A stretch of 63,997 bases of DNA, filler included, from Candidatus Woesearchaeota archaeon (GCA_003650545.1; 21 parts of 21 records of this genome joined end to end with filler, not necessarily neighbours in it), one strand, 5' to 3'. Positions 39,847-49,399 are shown, numbered from the whole stretch's first letter. Notes: generated from the letters alone by a model not told the origin. Translations and numbers: made by a program.

Positions 39847-41439
39847 TCATCTCAATCTTAGGGTTTCTAAAATTCGGGGCACATTTGTTTCCACTCTATT
39901 AAGTTTGTAAAGAGACGATGCTAAATCCAAACATTTTGAAACCTCCCCATGATTAATTATTATTCTTTTTGATTTTGGCCTCATATTATTAAAAAAAGAT
40001 AATAGTTCGTTTCTACCTGCATGTGCGCTGAACCCAGTAATTGTATAAACCTCCATTTCTACTTTTATTATTTCTTCTTTTCCGTCAACAATCATCTTTA
40101 TTTCTTTAACACCATCCTGAACCTGTCTTCCTAAAGAACCAACACCCTGATAACAGACAAATATTATAGAATTGTTTTTATTTCCTGCAAATTCTCTGAA
40201 ATATTCAACTGATGCTCCTCCAACCAGCATACCTGATGTAGCAAGAACAATGCAGGGTCCTCCTTCAATAACATTCTTTCTTTCTCTAGGTGAACCCACA
40301 CGGGAAAAAAATTCAGACACAAACGGATTTTTATCCTGAAAAATGTCTGACCTCGCCTTACTCCCTAAAAAATCAGGATAAGCAGTATGGATAGCATTAA
40401 TATCCCAAATCATACCATCAATGTATATTGGGGCCTTCTTTAATCGTCCGGAATTCATAGCATCTTCTAGAATTAACATTGTTTCCTGTGCTCTTCCTAA
40501 CCCTAGTTCAGGAATTAGAACTTTTCCTTTTCTTTCAATTGTTTTGTTAACCAATCCAACAAATTTATCTTCTATTTCTTTTCGTGGGGGGAAGGAATCT
40601 GTCTTTGCCCCATAAGTTGATTCTGTAACAACAGATTCTATTCTTGGAAAAGATGCAATTGCAGGGTCTAATAATCTTGAGCGTGCATATTTGAAATCTC
40701 CTGTATAAAGAAGATTATGCAGCCCGTTTCCTATGTTAAGATGGACTAATGCCCCCCCAAGCACATGTCCTGAATTGTAAAATGTGAGCCTAATATCAGG
40801 AGTTATATCTGTAACTTCATTATAATTTAAACAAATGCTGTGCTTAACCATTTCTTTAATATCTGAAGAATCAAACAAAGGTTTTGCTGCCTGCTTATAT
40901 GCTACCCCTATAAAATCCAAGGAAAGCAATGCTGCAATATCTCTGGTAGGGGGGGTCATATAAACCGGACCTTTGTAACCCATCTTGTATAAATATGGAA
41001 GCAGACCAACATGGTCAAGGTGTGCATGGCTAATTATTATTGCATTTAACTGGTTTAAATCAAACTCTGGAATATTAAGATATGGGAATTTATCCTGGCC
41101 TTGTGAAGCAATATCAATTCCACAATCAATAAGAATTTTTGAATTTGGTGTCTGCAATAACAGGCAACTTCTCCCAACCTGCCTTGCCCCCCCTAAAAAA
41201 GTCAGCCTGACCCATTCATCAACTTTTTCTGGGTTCCATTCTTTGTATATTTTTTTCCCTATTGAATTCAAAAATCTCCGCCTATAATTATTATTAGCAT
41301 AAAGAACTCCTCTTACATTCTCAGTAATCTTACTTTTTATTGCAGGACTTCTCTGTACTTGCGGTGTCCAAAAAGTGGAGTTTCTTATTTCATTTAAAAT
41401 GCTCCCATGCTTCCCTATCACCATGCCTGGCTTTTTTGC
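39847..41439 (-). CDS. fttA: Archaeal beta-CASP ribonuclease aCPSF1/FttA (5' truncated)
   Basis: KPGMVIGK KH remnant, GGARQVGRS, SHAHLDH, SGHVLG, YTGD, ESTYG, GFSAH, NHGE, ETLRLR C-terminus. Confidence 0.93.
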   Translation of the reverse strand, partial: AKKPGMVIGKHGSILNEIRNSTFWTPQVQRSPAIKSKITENVRGVLYANNNYRRRFLNSIGKKIYKEWNPEKVDEWVRLTFLGGARQVGRSCLLLQTPNSKILIDCGIDIASQGQDKFPYLNIPEFDLNQLNAIIISHAHLDHVGLLPYLYKMGYKGPVYMTPPTRDIAALLSLDFIGVAYKQAAKPLFDSSDIKEMVKHSICLNYNEVTDITPDIRLTFYNSGHVLGGALVHLNIGNGLHNLLYTGDFKYARSRLLDPAIASFPRIESVVTESTYGAKTDSFPPRKEIEDKFVGLVNKTIERKGKVLIPELGLGRAQETMLILEDAMNSGRLKKAPIYIDGMIWDINAIHTAYPDFLGSKARSDIFQDKNPFVSEFFSRVGSPRERKNVIEGGPCIVLATSGMLVGGASVEYFREFAGNKNNSIIFVCYQGVGSLGRQVQDGVKEIKMIVDGKEEIIKVEMEVYTITGFSAHAGRNELLSFFNNMRPKSKRIIINHGEVSKCLDLASSLYKLNRVETNVPRILETLRLR

Positions 41440-41539
41440 NNNNNNNNNNNNNNNNNNNNNNNNNNNNNNNNNNNNNNNNNNNNTTAATTAATTAANNNNN
41501 NNNNNNNNNNNNNNNNNNNNNNNNNNNNNNNNNNNNNNN

Positions 41540-41652
41540 CAGTACTTACACCTGAGGTTACATCTTCCCGAAGCCCATGCTGTAAACTCTGTTACACGGC
41601 TTGGAACATATTGTAGTGCATAAGGCGGGAAATCAACATCAAGCCTGTACAT
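41540..41652 (-). CDS. Radical SAM enzyme, N-terminus (truncated at the contig edge)
   Basis: ...WASGRCNLRCKY followed by TG at the edge, consistent with CxxxCxxC; overlaps the upstream gene. Confidence 0.78.
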
Positions 41653-42070
41653 TTGTTTGCCTTCTTTGCCTAGGCTCAATCCTCACACCCTTGAACTCCT
41701 CATTAATGCTTGGAAGCCTTGGTTGAACTTGTAGTTGTTGCGGTCTTTGCTGTACCATAGGATACTGTTGTTGCATTGAACCTAGTATCTGTGATACAAC
41801 CTGATTAACGATCACAGGGATCGTCTGCATAAGAACATTGGTAACCGCATTAGAAATAGTAACAGCTAGATCATGTTGCCGGATCTGTGGTTGTATCTGT
41901 GGTTGCAATGGTTGTTGGATCGGTATCTGCTGCTGCACCACACCAGATTCACAACTATAGCATAATTGGCATGTTTCACAAGTTCCTTCACACCTTACAC
42001 AAGACTGGCATGAATAACAGTTCTGGCAACTATAACATATATTGCATGGGAGATTAGACATGTAGTCCAC
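41639..42070 (-). CDS. Cys-repeat (11 Cys) protein with a Gln/Pro-rich tail
   Basis: MSNLP-CNICYSCQNCYSCQSCVRCEGTCETCQLCYSCES, then QQQIPIQQP... Confidence 0.75.
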   Translation of the reverse strand: MDYMSNLPCNICYSCQNCYSCQSCVRCEGTCETCQLCYSCESGVVQQQIPIQQPLQPQIQPQIRQHDLAVTISNAVTNVLMQTIPVIVNQVVSQILGSMQQQYPMVQQRPQQLQVQPRLPSINEEFKGVRIEPRQRRQTNVQA

Positions 42071-42112
42071 CTAACACATTATATAATTTTAAATCCTTAA
42101 AAACTGTTTGTT

Positions 42113-42688
42113 TTACAGATAAAAGATCTCACATCTGACACATACTTGGCAATAATAGCATAATTGGCATACATCACAATCCTCACAGCTATAGCATGTA
42201 TAACATCCAGTGAAACAGGCTTGGCAACCATAGCATGTTTGACATGAATCACACTTCATACACGCATAGCATGTTCCTTGGCAAGTAAAGCATACTTGGC
42301 ATCCATAACAGCTATAGCAACTATAGCATGAATAGCATGATGAATAGCATCTTTGGCAAGTATTACAGCTTTGACATCCTACACAAACTTGGCATGACTC
42401 ACATGTTCCATAACACGATACACATGATTGGCAAACATTACAGCTATAGCAACTATAGCATGAATAGCATGATGTATTGCACTTTTGGCAAGTATTACAG
42501 CTTTGGCAACCAATGCATGATTGACAGCTCTCACATGTCCCGTAGCAAACGTTACAAGATTGGCATGCATTGCATACTTGGCAACCATAGCACGAGTAGC
42601 ATGAGACGTTACATCTCTGGCATGTTACACAGCTTTGGCAACTATAGCATATTTGGCAAGCATAGCATGTTCTAAGATTTATAGCCAT
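42113..42688 (-). CDS. Cys-every-third-residue repeat protein (58 Cys in 191 aa)
   Basis: GGTGATAGGTG RBS; 7-aa leader MAINLRT; 22-aa units of Cxxx plus six Cxx. Confidence 0.85.
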   Translation of the reverse strand: MAINLRTCYACQICYSCQSCVTCQRCNVSCYSCYGCQVCNACQSCNVCYGTCESCQSCIGCQSCNTCQKCNTSCYSCYSCYSCNVCQSCVSCYGTCESCQVCVGCQSCNTCQRCYSSCYSCYSCYSCYGCQVCFTCQGTCYACMKCDSCQTCYGCQACFTGCYTCYSCEDCDVCQLCYYCQVCVRCEIFYL

Positions 42689-42700
42689 ACACCTATCACC

Positions 42701-43288
42701 TCACTCATATTGGCATGTAAAGCACCTTTGACATGAATCGCATTTTTGACATCCAAAACAGCTCTGGCACGACTGGCATGAAGCTTGGCAAATATTGCAT
42801 AGCTCACATAGTTGGCATATCTGACAATAATAACAGTCATAACATGAAACATTGCACTTTTGGCATGTGTTACATGATTGGCATCCTACACAGCTTTGAC
42901 AACTTTCACATGAACCATAGCATGATACACAGGATTGGCAAGTATTACAGCTTTCACATGAATAGCACGAGTAGCATGAAGCATTACATTTTTGACACGA
43001 TACACAAGATTGGCATGTTACACAGCTTTGGCATGACTGACATGATCCGTAGCATGATACGCATTTTTGGCAAGTATTGCAGAGTTCACATGAATAGCAA
43101 CTGTAGCAGGATGAATAACAGCTCTGGCATGTATTGCACTTTTGGCATGTTACACAGCTCTGGCAGGACTGGCATGAACCGTAGCACGTGACGCATGTTT
43201 CACATGTCTCGCATACCTCGCACCTGGCGCATTCCCTGTCCCTCAGGTTAGCCGTTTTCTCAGCATATCTCCTGGTATCTATGCTCAT
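42701..43288 (-). CDS. Cys-every-third-residue repeat protein (56 Cys in 195 aa)
   Basis: ATGA overlap with the upstream gene; leader ...TANLRDRE; same 22-aa/7-Cys period. Confidence 0.85.
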   Translation of the reverse strand: MSIDTRRYAEKTANLRDRECARCEVCETCETCVTCYGSCQSCQSCVTCQKCNTCQSCYSSCYSCYSCELCNTCQKCVSCYGSCQSCQSCVTCQSCVSCQKCNASCYSCYSCESCNTCQSCVSCYGSCESCQSCVGCQSCNTCQKCNVSCYDCYYCQICQLCELCNICQASCQSCQSCFGCQKCDSCQRCFTCQYE

Positions 43289-44376
43289 CTCCTGACACCC
43301 CATACTTCAAGTAGCTTGTTGTAAGCCGTCCCGCTGTCACTATATATCTTTACGTGTATTGTATGGATCCCGTCTCCCAGATCACTTATATCTACTTCAC
43401 CAGCTACAAGCGTCTCGCTAGTGCTTGTGGTTGAAAGGGTGAGCCTCGGCGAAGCCTCGTCATTGATATAGACCTTGAGGTAAGCGGTGCCCGAAGTAGT
43501 CCATAGGCTGGCGAGAACGATCAGCCTGCTGATAGGCTCGTAGGTTGAGTGCTTGGCGAAGCGAGCATACTTCACTTCTGTTTCACTTGTTCCCGCTGAA
43601 ACCAGCGTATCATCCCAGATAATTGGAACCCTGACACCATAGACATCGCCATCAACGAACAAAGAGCCGGCAAAGTGCCCGTTCCGCCACCTAAGTGTCT
43701 CACTCCCTATGTCGAGTGCATTATCATTTGCTGGCAGTAACCTACCTTTCTGTGTGACTTCGCCTGTATGACTTACTTTCCATACCCAACTTTTTGTTAC
43801 AAGTCTTTCACCGATACCCCAATAATTTGCACCGATACCCCATACATTAGTACCAACTACAAATGTGTAACCAGCTTTACTTGATGGTGGGTTACCAAAT
43901 AATGTTACCTGCGGTATAAACGCTATGCTAGCCTCGTTACCGCTGGGATTACCTATCTGTAACTGTCCGCAACCAAAATCACTTGACTTTATCACAACTT
44001 TACTACCCACACCAGGAGTCCCGAACCCTACCGGAAGCCCAGTCTGAAGCGAACCACTTAGATATGCATTCCTCCATCTATAATTAATGCTACCTATGTC
44101 GAAGGCGTTGTCACTACCTGGTAGGAAATGCTCCCATACTTTCACATAATTATTCACTAAGGCTTGGAATACTGTCTTCCAGTCGGTGCCACCAGCTGTC
44201 TGGGTAATTGCTATCCTGACGTCTCCATTCCCAACCATAAGTTCCGCTGACTTACGCGTACTGTCTGGTATAGTGTCGGTGAAGAAGTCGTAGTTATAGA
44301 CTAACCTAGTCCAAAATACATCATTTTTCTGCACCCCACCAAGACCATCCCATATATTTATATGATTGCTTGGATG
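43285..44376 (-). CDS. Tail-fibre-like viral protein (5' truncated)
   Basis: Duplicated LP..DNA.DIGS...RWRN....G motif typical of fibre shafts; beta-rich C-terminal domain. Confidence 0.6.
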   Translation of the reverse strand, partial: HPSNHINIWDGLGGVQKNDVFWTRLVYNYDFFTDTIPDSTRKSAELMVGNGDVRIAITQTAGGTDWKTVFQALVNNYVKVWEHFLPGSDNAFDIGSINYRWRNAYLSGSLQTGLPVGFGTPGVGSKVVIKSSDFGCGQLQIGNPSGNEASIAFIPQVTLFGNPPSSKAGYTFVVGTNVWGIGANYWGIGERLVTKSWVWKVSHTGEVTQKGRLLPANDNALDIGSETLRWRNGHFAGSLFVDGDVYGVRVPIIWDDTLVSAGTSETEVKYARFAKHSTYEPISRLIVLASLWTTSGTAYLKVYINDEASPRLTLSTTSTSETLVAGEVDISDLGDGIHTIHVKIYSDSGTAYNKLLEVWGVRR

Positions 44377-44534
44377 CNNNNNNNNNNNNNNNNNNNNNNN
44401 NNNNNNNNNNNNNNNNNNNNNTTAATTAATTAANNNNNNNNNNNNNNNNNNNNNNNNNNNNNNNNNNNNNNNNNNNNGCACGGATCGACACTAGCGCTAA
44501 AAGTAATATCTTTTTTTATTTTTATCTATTTTTC

Positions 44535-44608
44535 ATCTAACACAAAAATAGCTGCCCGCCGAAGCCCCGAAGGGGCGAAAGAAAATCCGCTGAAATGCCT
44601 TGTTATGC
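44535..44608 (-). other. Possible integron attC-like site
   Basis: Minus strand GCATAACAAGGCATTTCAGCGGA ... central hairpin GCCCCTTCGGGGC ... GTTAGAT; L-box pairing is imperfect. Confidence 0.35.
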
Positions 44609-45130
44609 AATTATAATTTTTTTATACGTAGAAGCATTTCCTTATATACCTTAGGCCTCCAGGAAACATGCTGGCTCATCCTCAAGAATATGGATGATTG
44701 GTCTTTTCAGCAGCATCAAACAATATCAACAATATTATCACACTACAAGAACACTATCATTGAAGATATCCTTATCCTGAAGCAAAAAATAAGAGACTTC
44801 TTCTTAGATTTTCAATCCCAAGAAGAAGCTTACGCCAGAAGAGACGAACTGTTAAGCGAAAACTGGCATCTAAAGACTAAGCATTTTGTTAACATTATGA
44901 AATTCTTAAACTCTTCTTATTATTTTAAATATATGGCTGCTTATTTAAGCCATCCGCAGATTCCTAAAACTACCAATTCAGAGAATATCATACAGGCTTG
45001 GAGGCAAATGGAGAAAGTAAGATATGGCTTCAAATCTGACAAAGGTCGCCTTGATCATTTGAAGTTGTACCAGGTAAAAAGGTACCTGAACAACGAAATT
45101 TAGTCCAGTGCACAAAATTTTAATAGAACC
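44600..45130 (+). mobile_element. 3' remnant of an ISL3-like transposase with a terminal inverted repeat
   Basis: PKTTNSENII...K.RYGFKS; sequence ends ...TAATAGAACC (reverse complement GGTTCTATT, an ISL3-type IR start). Confidence 0.55.
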
Positions 45131-45387
45131 TATTGATAGTCAGTGTCTTATATAAAGACCTTGCAACAAAGTTGAGAAAGCTCCAAAAAATTTAATATCT
45201 TCTCTCCTCCTTTCCTGTCACTATATGAAGTTTTGCCTTTAGGCGCTTTCTTCTCTCCTGCAACAAGCGGGCAATGTTTTTCTGCCGGCGGGTTATCTTT
45301 TGTTTTGCCATTACCTTCCTCCTGCTGTCTCAAAACTCCCTAAGGAGCAGCCGACTTCTGCTCCCTTCTATAGATACCTCCCGAAAC

Positions 45388-45699
45388 CTAAGGTTTCATC
45401 AGCCCTGCTATCAGACTGATGACCGCCATAAGCAGAAGCATACACCGCAGGGGAGGAAGAATCTGCGCTTTCATCCGCTCGCCCCAGTCAGCCAGGCGTT
45501 TCAGCCCCATTTTGCGGCGCAGTTTTATGCCTACATCGTACAGCGGCACAATCGCAAAAGAGGCAATAAACCACAGAGAGGCAAAAGCCAGAAAGAACCA
45601 CAAAGGCTGATTTAATTTCTTTGCGCCGAACATAGGGATTATCCAGGACGAACCTATTCCCATAAGAAGTGGCCACCACAGATTGAATTTAAATCCCAC
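45388..45699 (-). CDS. Small three-TM membrane protein
   Basis: AGGAGG RBS; hydrophobic segments; directly downstream of the GH10 gene. Confidence 0.55.
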   Translation of the reverse strand: MGFKFNLWWPLLMGIGSSWIIPMFGAKKLNQPLWFFLAFASLWFIASFAIVPLYDVGIKLRRKMGLKRLADWGERMKAQILPPLRCMLLLMAVISLIAGLMKP

Positions 45700-45712
45700 G
45701 CCTTCCTCCTTT

Positions 45713-47113
45713 TTAGCGTTTAGTCAAGTGCACTACCACACGGCGCGGCATATGAGAGTAGAGGTTAAATTTTACAGGGCGGTAGCCGGACACGCTCGCC
45801 TCATATTCGCCGAAAAAGGCGCGCAGCTTCACCCTGCCTCCCTCCAGCCTGCCCTGCCATTTTGTGTTCCAAGTAGACTTAAGCAGTTTCTTTAAGGCGT
45901 AGTAGTTGGGTTTCTTCTTCCCCTCTACTGTTACTAACCCTCCGTCAATGGCGTTGCCACCGCAGCCGTCTACCACGAACCAGCGGGTAAGCTGGTGGAT
46001 GTATGGCTTAGAAAAAATCAGGGTGTAATAGTTTACGGTCCAGGCGGCTATTTCCTTATCCATGAGGCGGGGCTGCGGCCCTTGGTGTTTTTTCATACGG
46101 GAAGGAGGATTATATTCCGTAATATGTATGGGCTTGCCTAAGGCGGCAAGATTGTCCAAACAGTCGCTTATAACCTTCATAGTAAAGGCACCTTCTCCGG
46201 CCTGAGGGTGGCCCCTGCTTATAGGCATACGTCCCCCGCCGTAGAAGTGGCCCTGAAAACCTACTACATCCACGGGGGCGCCTTCCTCAATTACTTGTCG
46301 GTAATATTTATACACTTTCCGGTAATGGGGATTTTTTAATGTACAAAGGTGTGTCTCAAGCATAACCAGCTTTGCCTGAGGCAGGTATTTATCAGCGATG
46401 TTAAGTATCTTTGCGGCGTTTTTGGGGTCGGCCAGGGTGGGGAAAAGAGGATTGTGTTTGTCTGCCCATTTAAGGTTCATAATCATTTCGTTTATGATGT
46501 CGTATTCATAAATTATCCTGCCGTATTTAGAGGCTACGTCCCTAATCCTCTTCTCAATTAGCGGCCACCACGCCTCTTCTGATTTAATCTGCTTATACCA
46601 CTTGGGGACAGCGTAGTACATATTGTAAATAACACAGTGGTAGCGCATCTGCTTATGATGCGCCAGCGCCCACTCTACCTCCTCGTCCGTAGGAGCCCAG
46701 TTAAGCGGACCACCTCTTTTTGGCTCCTCAATAGACCAGAAGTGTCCCACCCGCACCAAAGAAAACAGTTCGTCAATCACCTCCAGCGCAACTCTCCGGG
46801 CAGGATGATCGGAGGGAAGCCTTAACACAGGCGAAAGATTTGCCCCGAACTGAAACTGGTGGCGCACAAGCCTAATCCGGGCCGAAGCCGTTACCGGCGC
46901 GCCGGATTCATCTACAAAGGTTATGCTGAAAGTGCCTTTACGGATTCTTTCTATACGCCGGCGCGCTTCCTCCATTACCGGCTTGCTTGCTTCATCCACG
47001 CCGTCAAAACAGAAACTTCCCCAGATATTAAAGGCGAGGGTAAAAAAAGAAAGAACAAAAATTCTAAAAATAGGACGCGGCCTGAATCTCCCTCTGAGCT
47101 TCACTATCTTCAT
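45713..47113 (-). CDS. GH10 family glycoside hydrolase (endo-xylanase-like), secreted
   Basis: RIERIRKG, HQFQFG, YDIINE (acid/base), GFQGH, PIHITEY (nucleophile), KKPNYY. Confidence 0.88.
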   Translation of the reverse strand: MKIVKLRGRFRPRPIFRIFVLSFFTLAFNIWGSFCFDGVDEASKPVMEEARRRIERIRKGTFSITFVDESGAPVTASARIRLVRHQFQFGANLSPVLRLPSDHPARRVALEVIDELFSLVRVGHFWSIEEPKRGGPLNWAPTDEEVEWALAHHKQMRYHCVIYNMYYAVPKWYKQIKSEEAWWPLIEKRIRDVASKYGRIIYEYDIINEMIMNLKWADKHNPLFPTLADPKNAAKILNIADKYLPQAKLVMLETHLCTLKNPHYRKVYKYYRQVIEEGAPVDVVGFQGHFYGGGRMPISRGHPQAGEGAFTMKVISDCLDNLAALGKPIHITEYNPPSRMKKHQGPQPRLMDKEIAAWTVNYYTLIFSKPYIHQLTRWFVVDGCGGNAIDGGLVTVEGKKKPNYYALKKLLKSTWNTKWQGRLEGGRVKLRAFFGEYEASVSGYRPVKFNLYSHMPRRVVVHLTKR

Positions 47114-47356
47114 TACACTTTTACTATACGCCGCTTATCATTTTAAGGTTTCTCATAATGAGAGGCAAGATTTTTGTTATGAAAACTTTGCCCTCTTGAC
47201 ACCGAGAGGAAAAGCAGCAAAAACATTTCTTAGCTTTAAAACTATTCATTGGCTGCNNNNNNNNNNNNNNNNNNNNNNNNNNNNNNNNNNNNNNNNNNNN
47301 TTAATTAATTAANNNNNNNNNNNNNNNNNNNNNNNNNNNNNNNNNNNNNNNNNNNN

Positions 47357-47586
47357 GGATATAGGGGGAACGATAATCACTTGCGGGTGCACCCGGGGCC
47401 TCGGGCGGGTTCTTTTCTCGGCGGCCTCGGCGGGAGCCGGCGGCGTTTTCGGGCGGCGGCCTCGAGGTTTTCGGGGGCCGGTTTCGGCGGCTCGGCGGGT
47501 GCACCTTTTAGTGTTTTCGAGTCAAAATTTTCGGGAAAAGAGCTTTGTTGAAAAAGTTTTTGGGCTTAAAAAACTGTTTTGGGTTT
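47357..47586. repeat. GC-rich non-coding end region with CGGCGG(C)CTCG and TTTTCGG repeats and the 12-bp palindrome CGGGTGCACCCG
   Basis: Read directly; much higher GC than the rest of the contig. Confidence 0.6.
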
Positions 47587-47829
47587 TTAGATTGGTTTTT
47601 TCTCGGCTTCCTCGAGTTTCTTCTTGTTAACGTCAATACTTCTTACGAGTTTTTCTATTATCTTGTTAAGAAACGATTCTATGCTTAGGAGAGCGTCTAA
47701 TACGTCTGGGTTATTAATATATTTCTTTTCAAGACTTCTTATCTCATGGATAATGGTCTGATACGCTCTCAATCTACGATAACTTAGTCTTAGTCTGCGC
47801 TCTATCTTCTTAGTGTCAACATGTTTCAT
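47587..47829 (-). CDS. Small basic coiled-coil protein
   Basis: MKHVDTKKIERRLRL...; helical and K/R-rich. Confidence 0.5.
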   Translation of the reverse strand: MKHVDTKKIERRLRLSYRRLRAYQTIIHEIRSLEKKYINNPDVLDALLSIESFLNKIIEKLVRSIDVNKKKLEEAEKKPI

Positions 47830-47948
47830 GGCGGGGGCCCCCGGTGCACTAGAGTATTTTTCTTCCTTCAAGGCACATTATTATGCAGAGCTCTATTGCG
47901 TCGGGTGCACCATATATTCCTTTGCAGAGATCCCTGCATATTTTGAGC

Positions 47949-48272
47949 TTAACAGGGTCGTACTTCGTAGTCTTTTGCAAGATCCTCGCCCCACATAGTT
48001 ATTACTACACATATCTTGTCCCCGGTTCTATGCTCCCACAACGTCATTAATTGTTGGGCGAGTTTCTCAGAGAGTACTCTAAACGTCTTCTTAGTGGGTG
48101 CACCGTCTTCCTCTAATACATCCCATTCCAATGCCCTAACCGTCTTGGTCATTTTTGTCTTTGGATCACGGATAGCGTATTCTACTATTCTTGGATTTGT
48201 TAATACTAGTCTCTTAGGCTTCCCCGGCTCAAGATACACGTAATTAGCGAGTATTCGTGCGGGTAAAGGCAT
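47949..48272 (-). CDS. Beta-rich hypothetical protein (possibly OB-fold)
   Basis: GAGGTG RBS before ATG 48272. Confidence 0.5.
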   Translation of the reverse strand: MPLPARILANYVYLEPGKPKRLVLTNPRIVEYAIRDPKTKMTKTVRALEWDVLEEDGAPTKKTFRVLSEKLAQQLMTLWEHRTGDKICVVITMWGEDLAKDYEVRPC

Positions 48273-48302
48273 AGGGTGCACCTCACATAATTATTAGCTT
48301 AT

Positions 48303-48791
48303 TCATGGAATATATCCATACTCCCTCAAGATAGGATCAAGCCATGGCGGGTGATATACTTCGAAAACAATCCCCTTAGCCTTGCACAATGCCTCAAGGT
48401 TCTCGTCATGACGCCAATACACAAGCTTAAGAACTATTGGTCTCGGCAAGAACTTCTGCAGATCGGGATCCTTATATGCTAGAATTCTATAAAATTCTAA
48501 TTGGCTAATACCCTTCATGGGGTCGTGCACCTTGAACTCGATCAGCTCTATACGGTCTTCGAAGACGCATACAGCGTCAACGTATGGATTATAGACTCTG
48601 AGTGCACCATGCGGGATCCCCGGATGCATAGCCTGCAGCTGCTTAGACGTAGGGCCTAGTCTTTTATGTGCGGTGCGGTATATAGCGTTGGTGCACCTAG
48701 TAACAAGATATTCTAAAACCATACGTCTCTCAACCATCCTATAGGGTCTTCTATTTCCTTTCCTGAGATTACGCCATTCAAAAGAACTCAT
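48303..48791 (-). CDS. PD-(D/E)XK-family nuclease
   Basis: E...PYVDAV.....LIEFK......SQL..Y. Confidence 0.65.
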   Translation of the reverse strand: MSSFEWRNLRKGNRRPYRMVERRMVLEYLVTRCTNAIYRTAHKRLGPTSKQLQAMHPGIPHGALRVYNPYVDAVCVFEDRIELIEFKVHDPMKGISQLEFYRILAYKDPDLQKFLPRPIVLKLVYWRHDENLEALCKAKGIVFEVYHPPWLDPILREYGYIP

Positions 48792-48905
48792 AATATACAC
48801 CTATTCCGATGTGGTGCACCTGTATAAAAATATGCGTAAACTACTACTTATGTATTCATGAATAATATTCATGTACAAAAAACTACTCGGAGGTGAAGGG
48901 GTAGA

Positions 48906-49337
48906 ATGGTAAGCCTCAGACCCCTAGAAAAGATAATCGAGAAATGGAAGAATAGAGCAGTCGCTGCGCAAGGAGACTACCAGTTCGGAATACAGAATCC
49001 CTTGAAAGACTGGGCAACTAACGCAGCAGCCGCACAAGACGCATGGGCCGCAGGAGTACAAGACGCTATCAGCAGGGGAGCATTCGGTAAGGGAGTAAAG
49101 AAAGTCGGCACCGAAAAATGGCAGAGGAAAGCCATGCAATTAGGTGCACCTCGTTATGCACAGGGAGTACAAGCAAGCGATGTAGACTATAGAGCTGGAT
49201 TCGAGCCATACTATGAGGCTCTCAGCAGATTAACACTACCGCCAAGAGGCCCAAGAGGCGATCCAAGAAACCTAGAAAGAGTCCGTATCATTATGGAGAC
49301 TCTCAGAAAGATCAAGACAAGCCAGGGCGGAGGCTAA
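48906..49337 (+). CDS. Basic helical repeat protein, candidate viral nucleocapsid/major capsid protein
   Basis: Strong GGAGGTGA RBS; repeats KWKNRAVAAQGDYQFGIQ / DWATNAAAAQDAWAAGVQ / KWQRKAMQLGAPRYAQGVQ; followed by a T-run. Confidence 0.45.
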   Translation: MVSLRPLEKIIEKWKNRAVAAQGDYQFGIQNPLKDWATNAAAAQDAWAAGVQDAISRGAFGKGVKKVGTEKWQRKAMQLGAPRYAQGVQASDVDYRAGFEPYYEALSRLTLPPRGPRGDPRNLERVRIIMETLRKIKTSQGGG

Positions 49338-49399
49338 TAAACATAGTTTTTTTACAAAATAATCCCCTATTCCAAATCCCATGTATAGGGTGGTAGGGT

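Noticed and set aside
42328..43191. Met/His-rich ORFs on the plus strand and the alternative minus-frame ORF 42379-42588
   Set aside because: Shadows of the TGT/TGC-rich repeats; the Cys frames have the RBS and the overlap coupling.
42113..43200. Recurring ~20-nt DNA repeats (e.g. ttggcaagtattacagcttt) resembling a CRISPR array
   Set aside because: The repeats are degenerate, follow the 66/132-nt coding period of the Cys proteins and have no unique spacers; no cas genes are present.
41639..43288. Multiheme cytochrome or ferredoxin interpretation of the Cys proteins
   Set aside because: No CxxCH motifs, and no CxxCxxCxxxCP ferredoxin motif because the cores contain no Pro.
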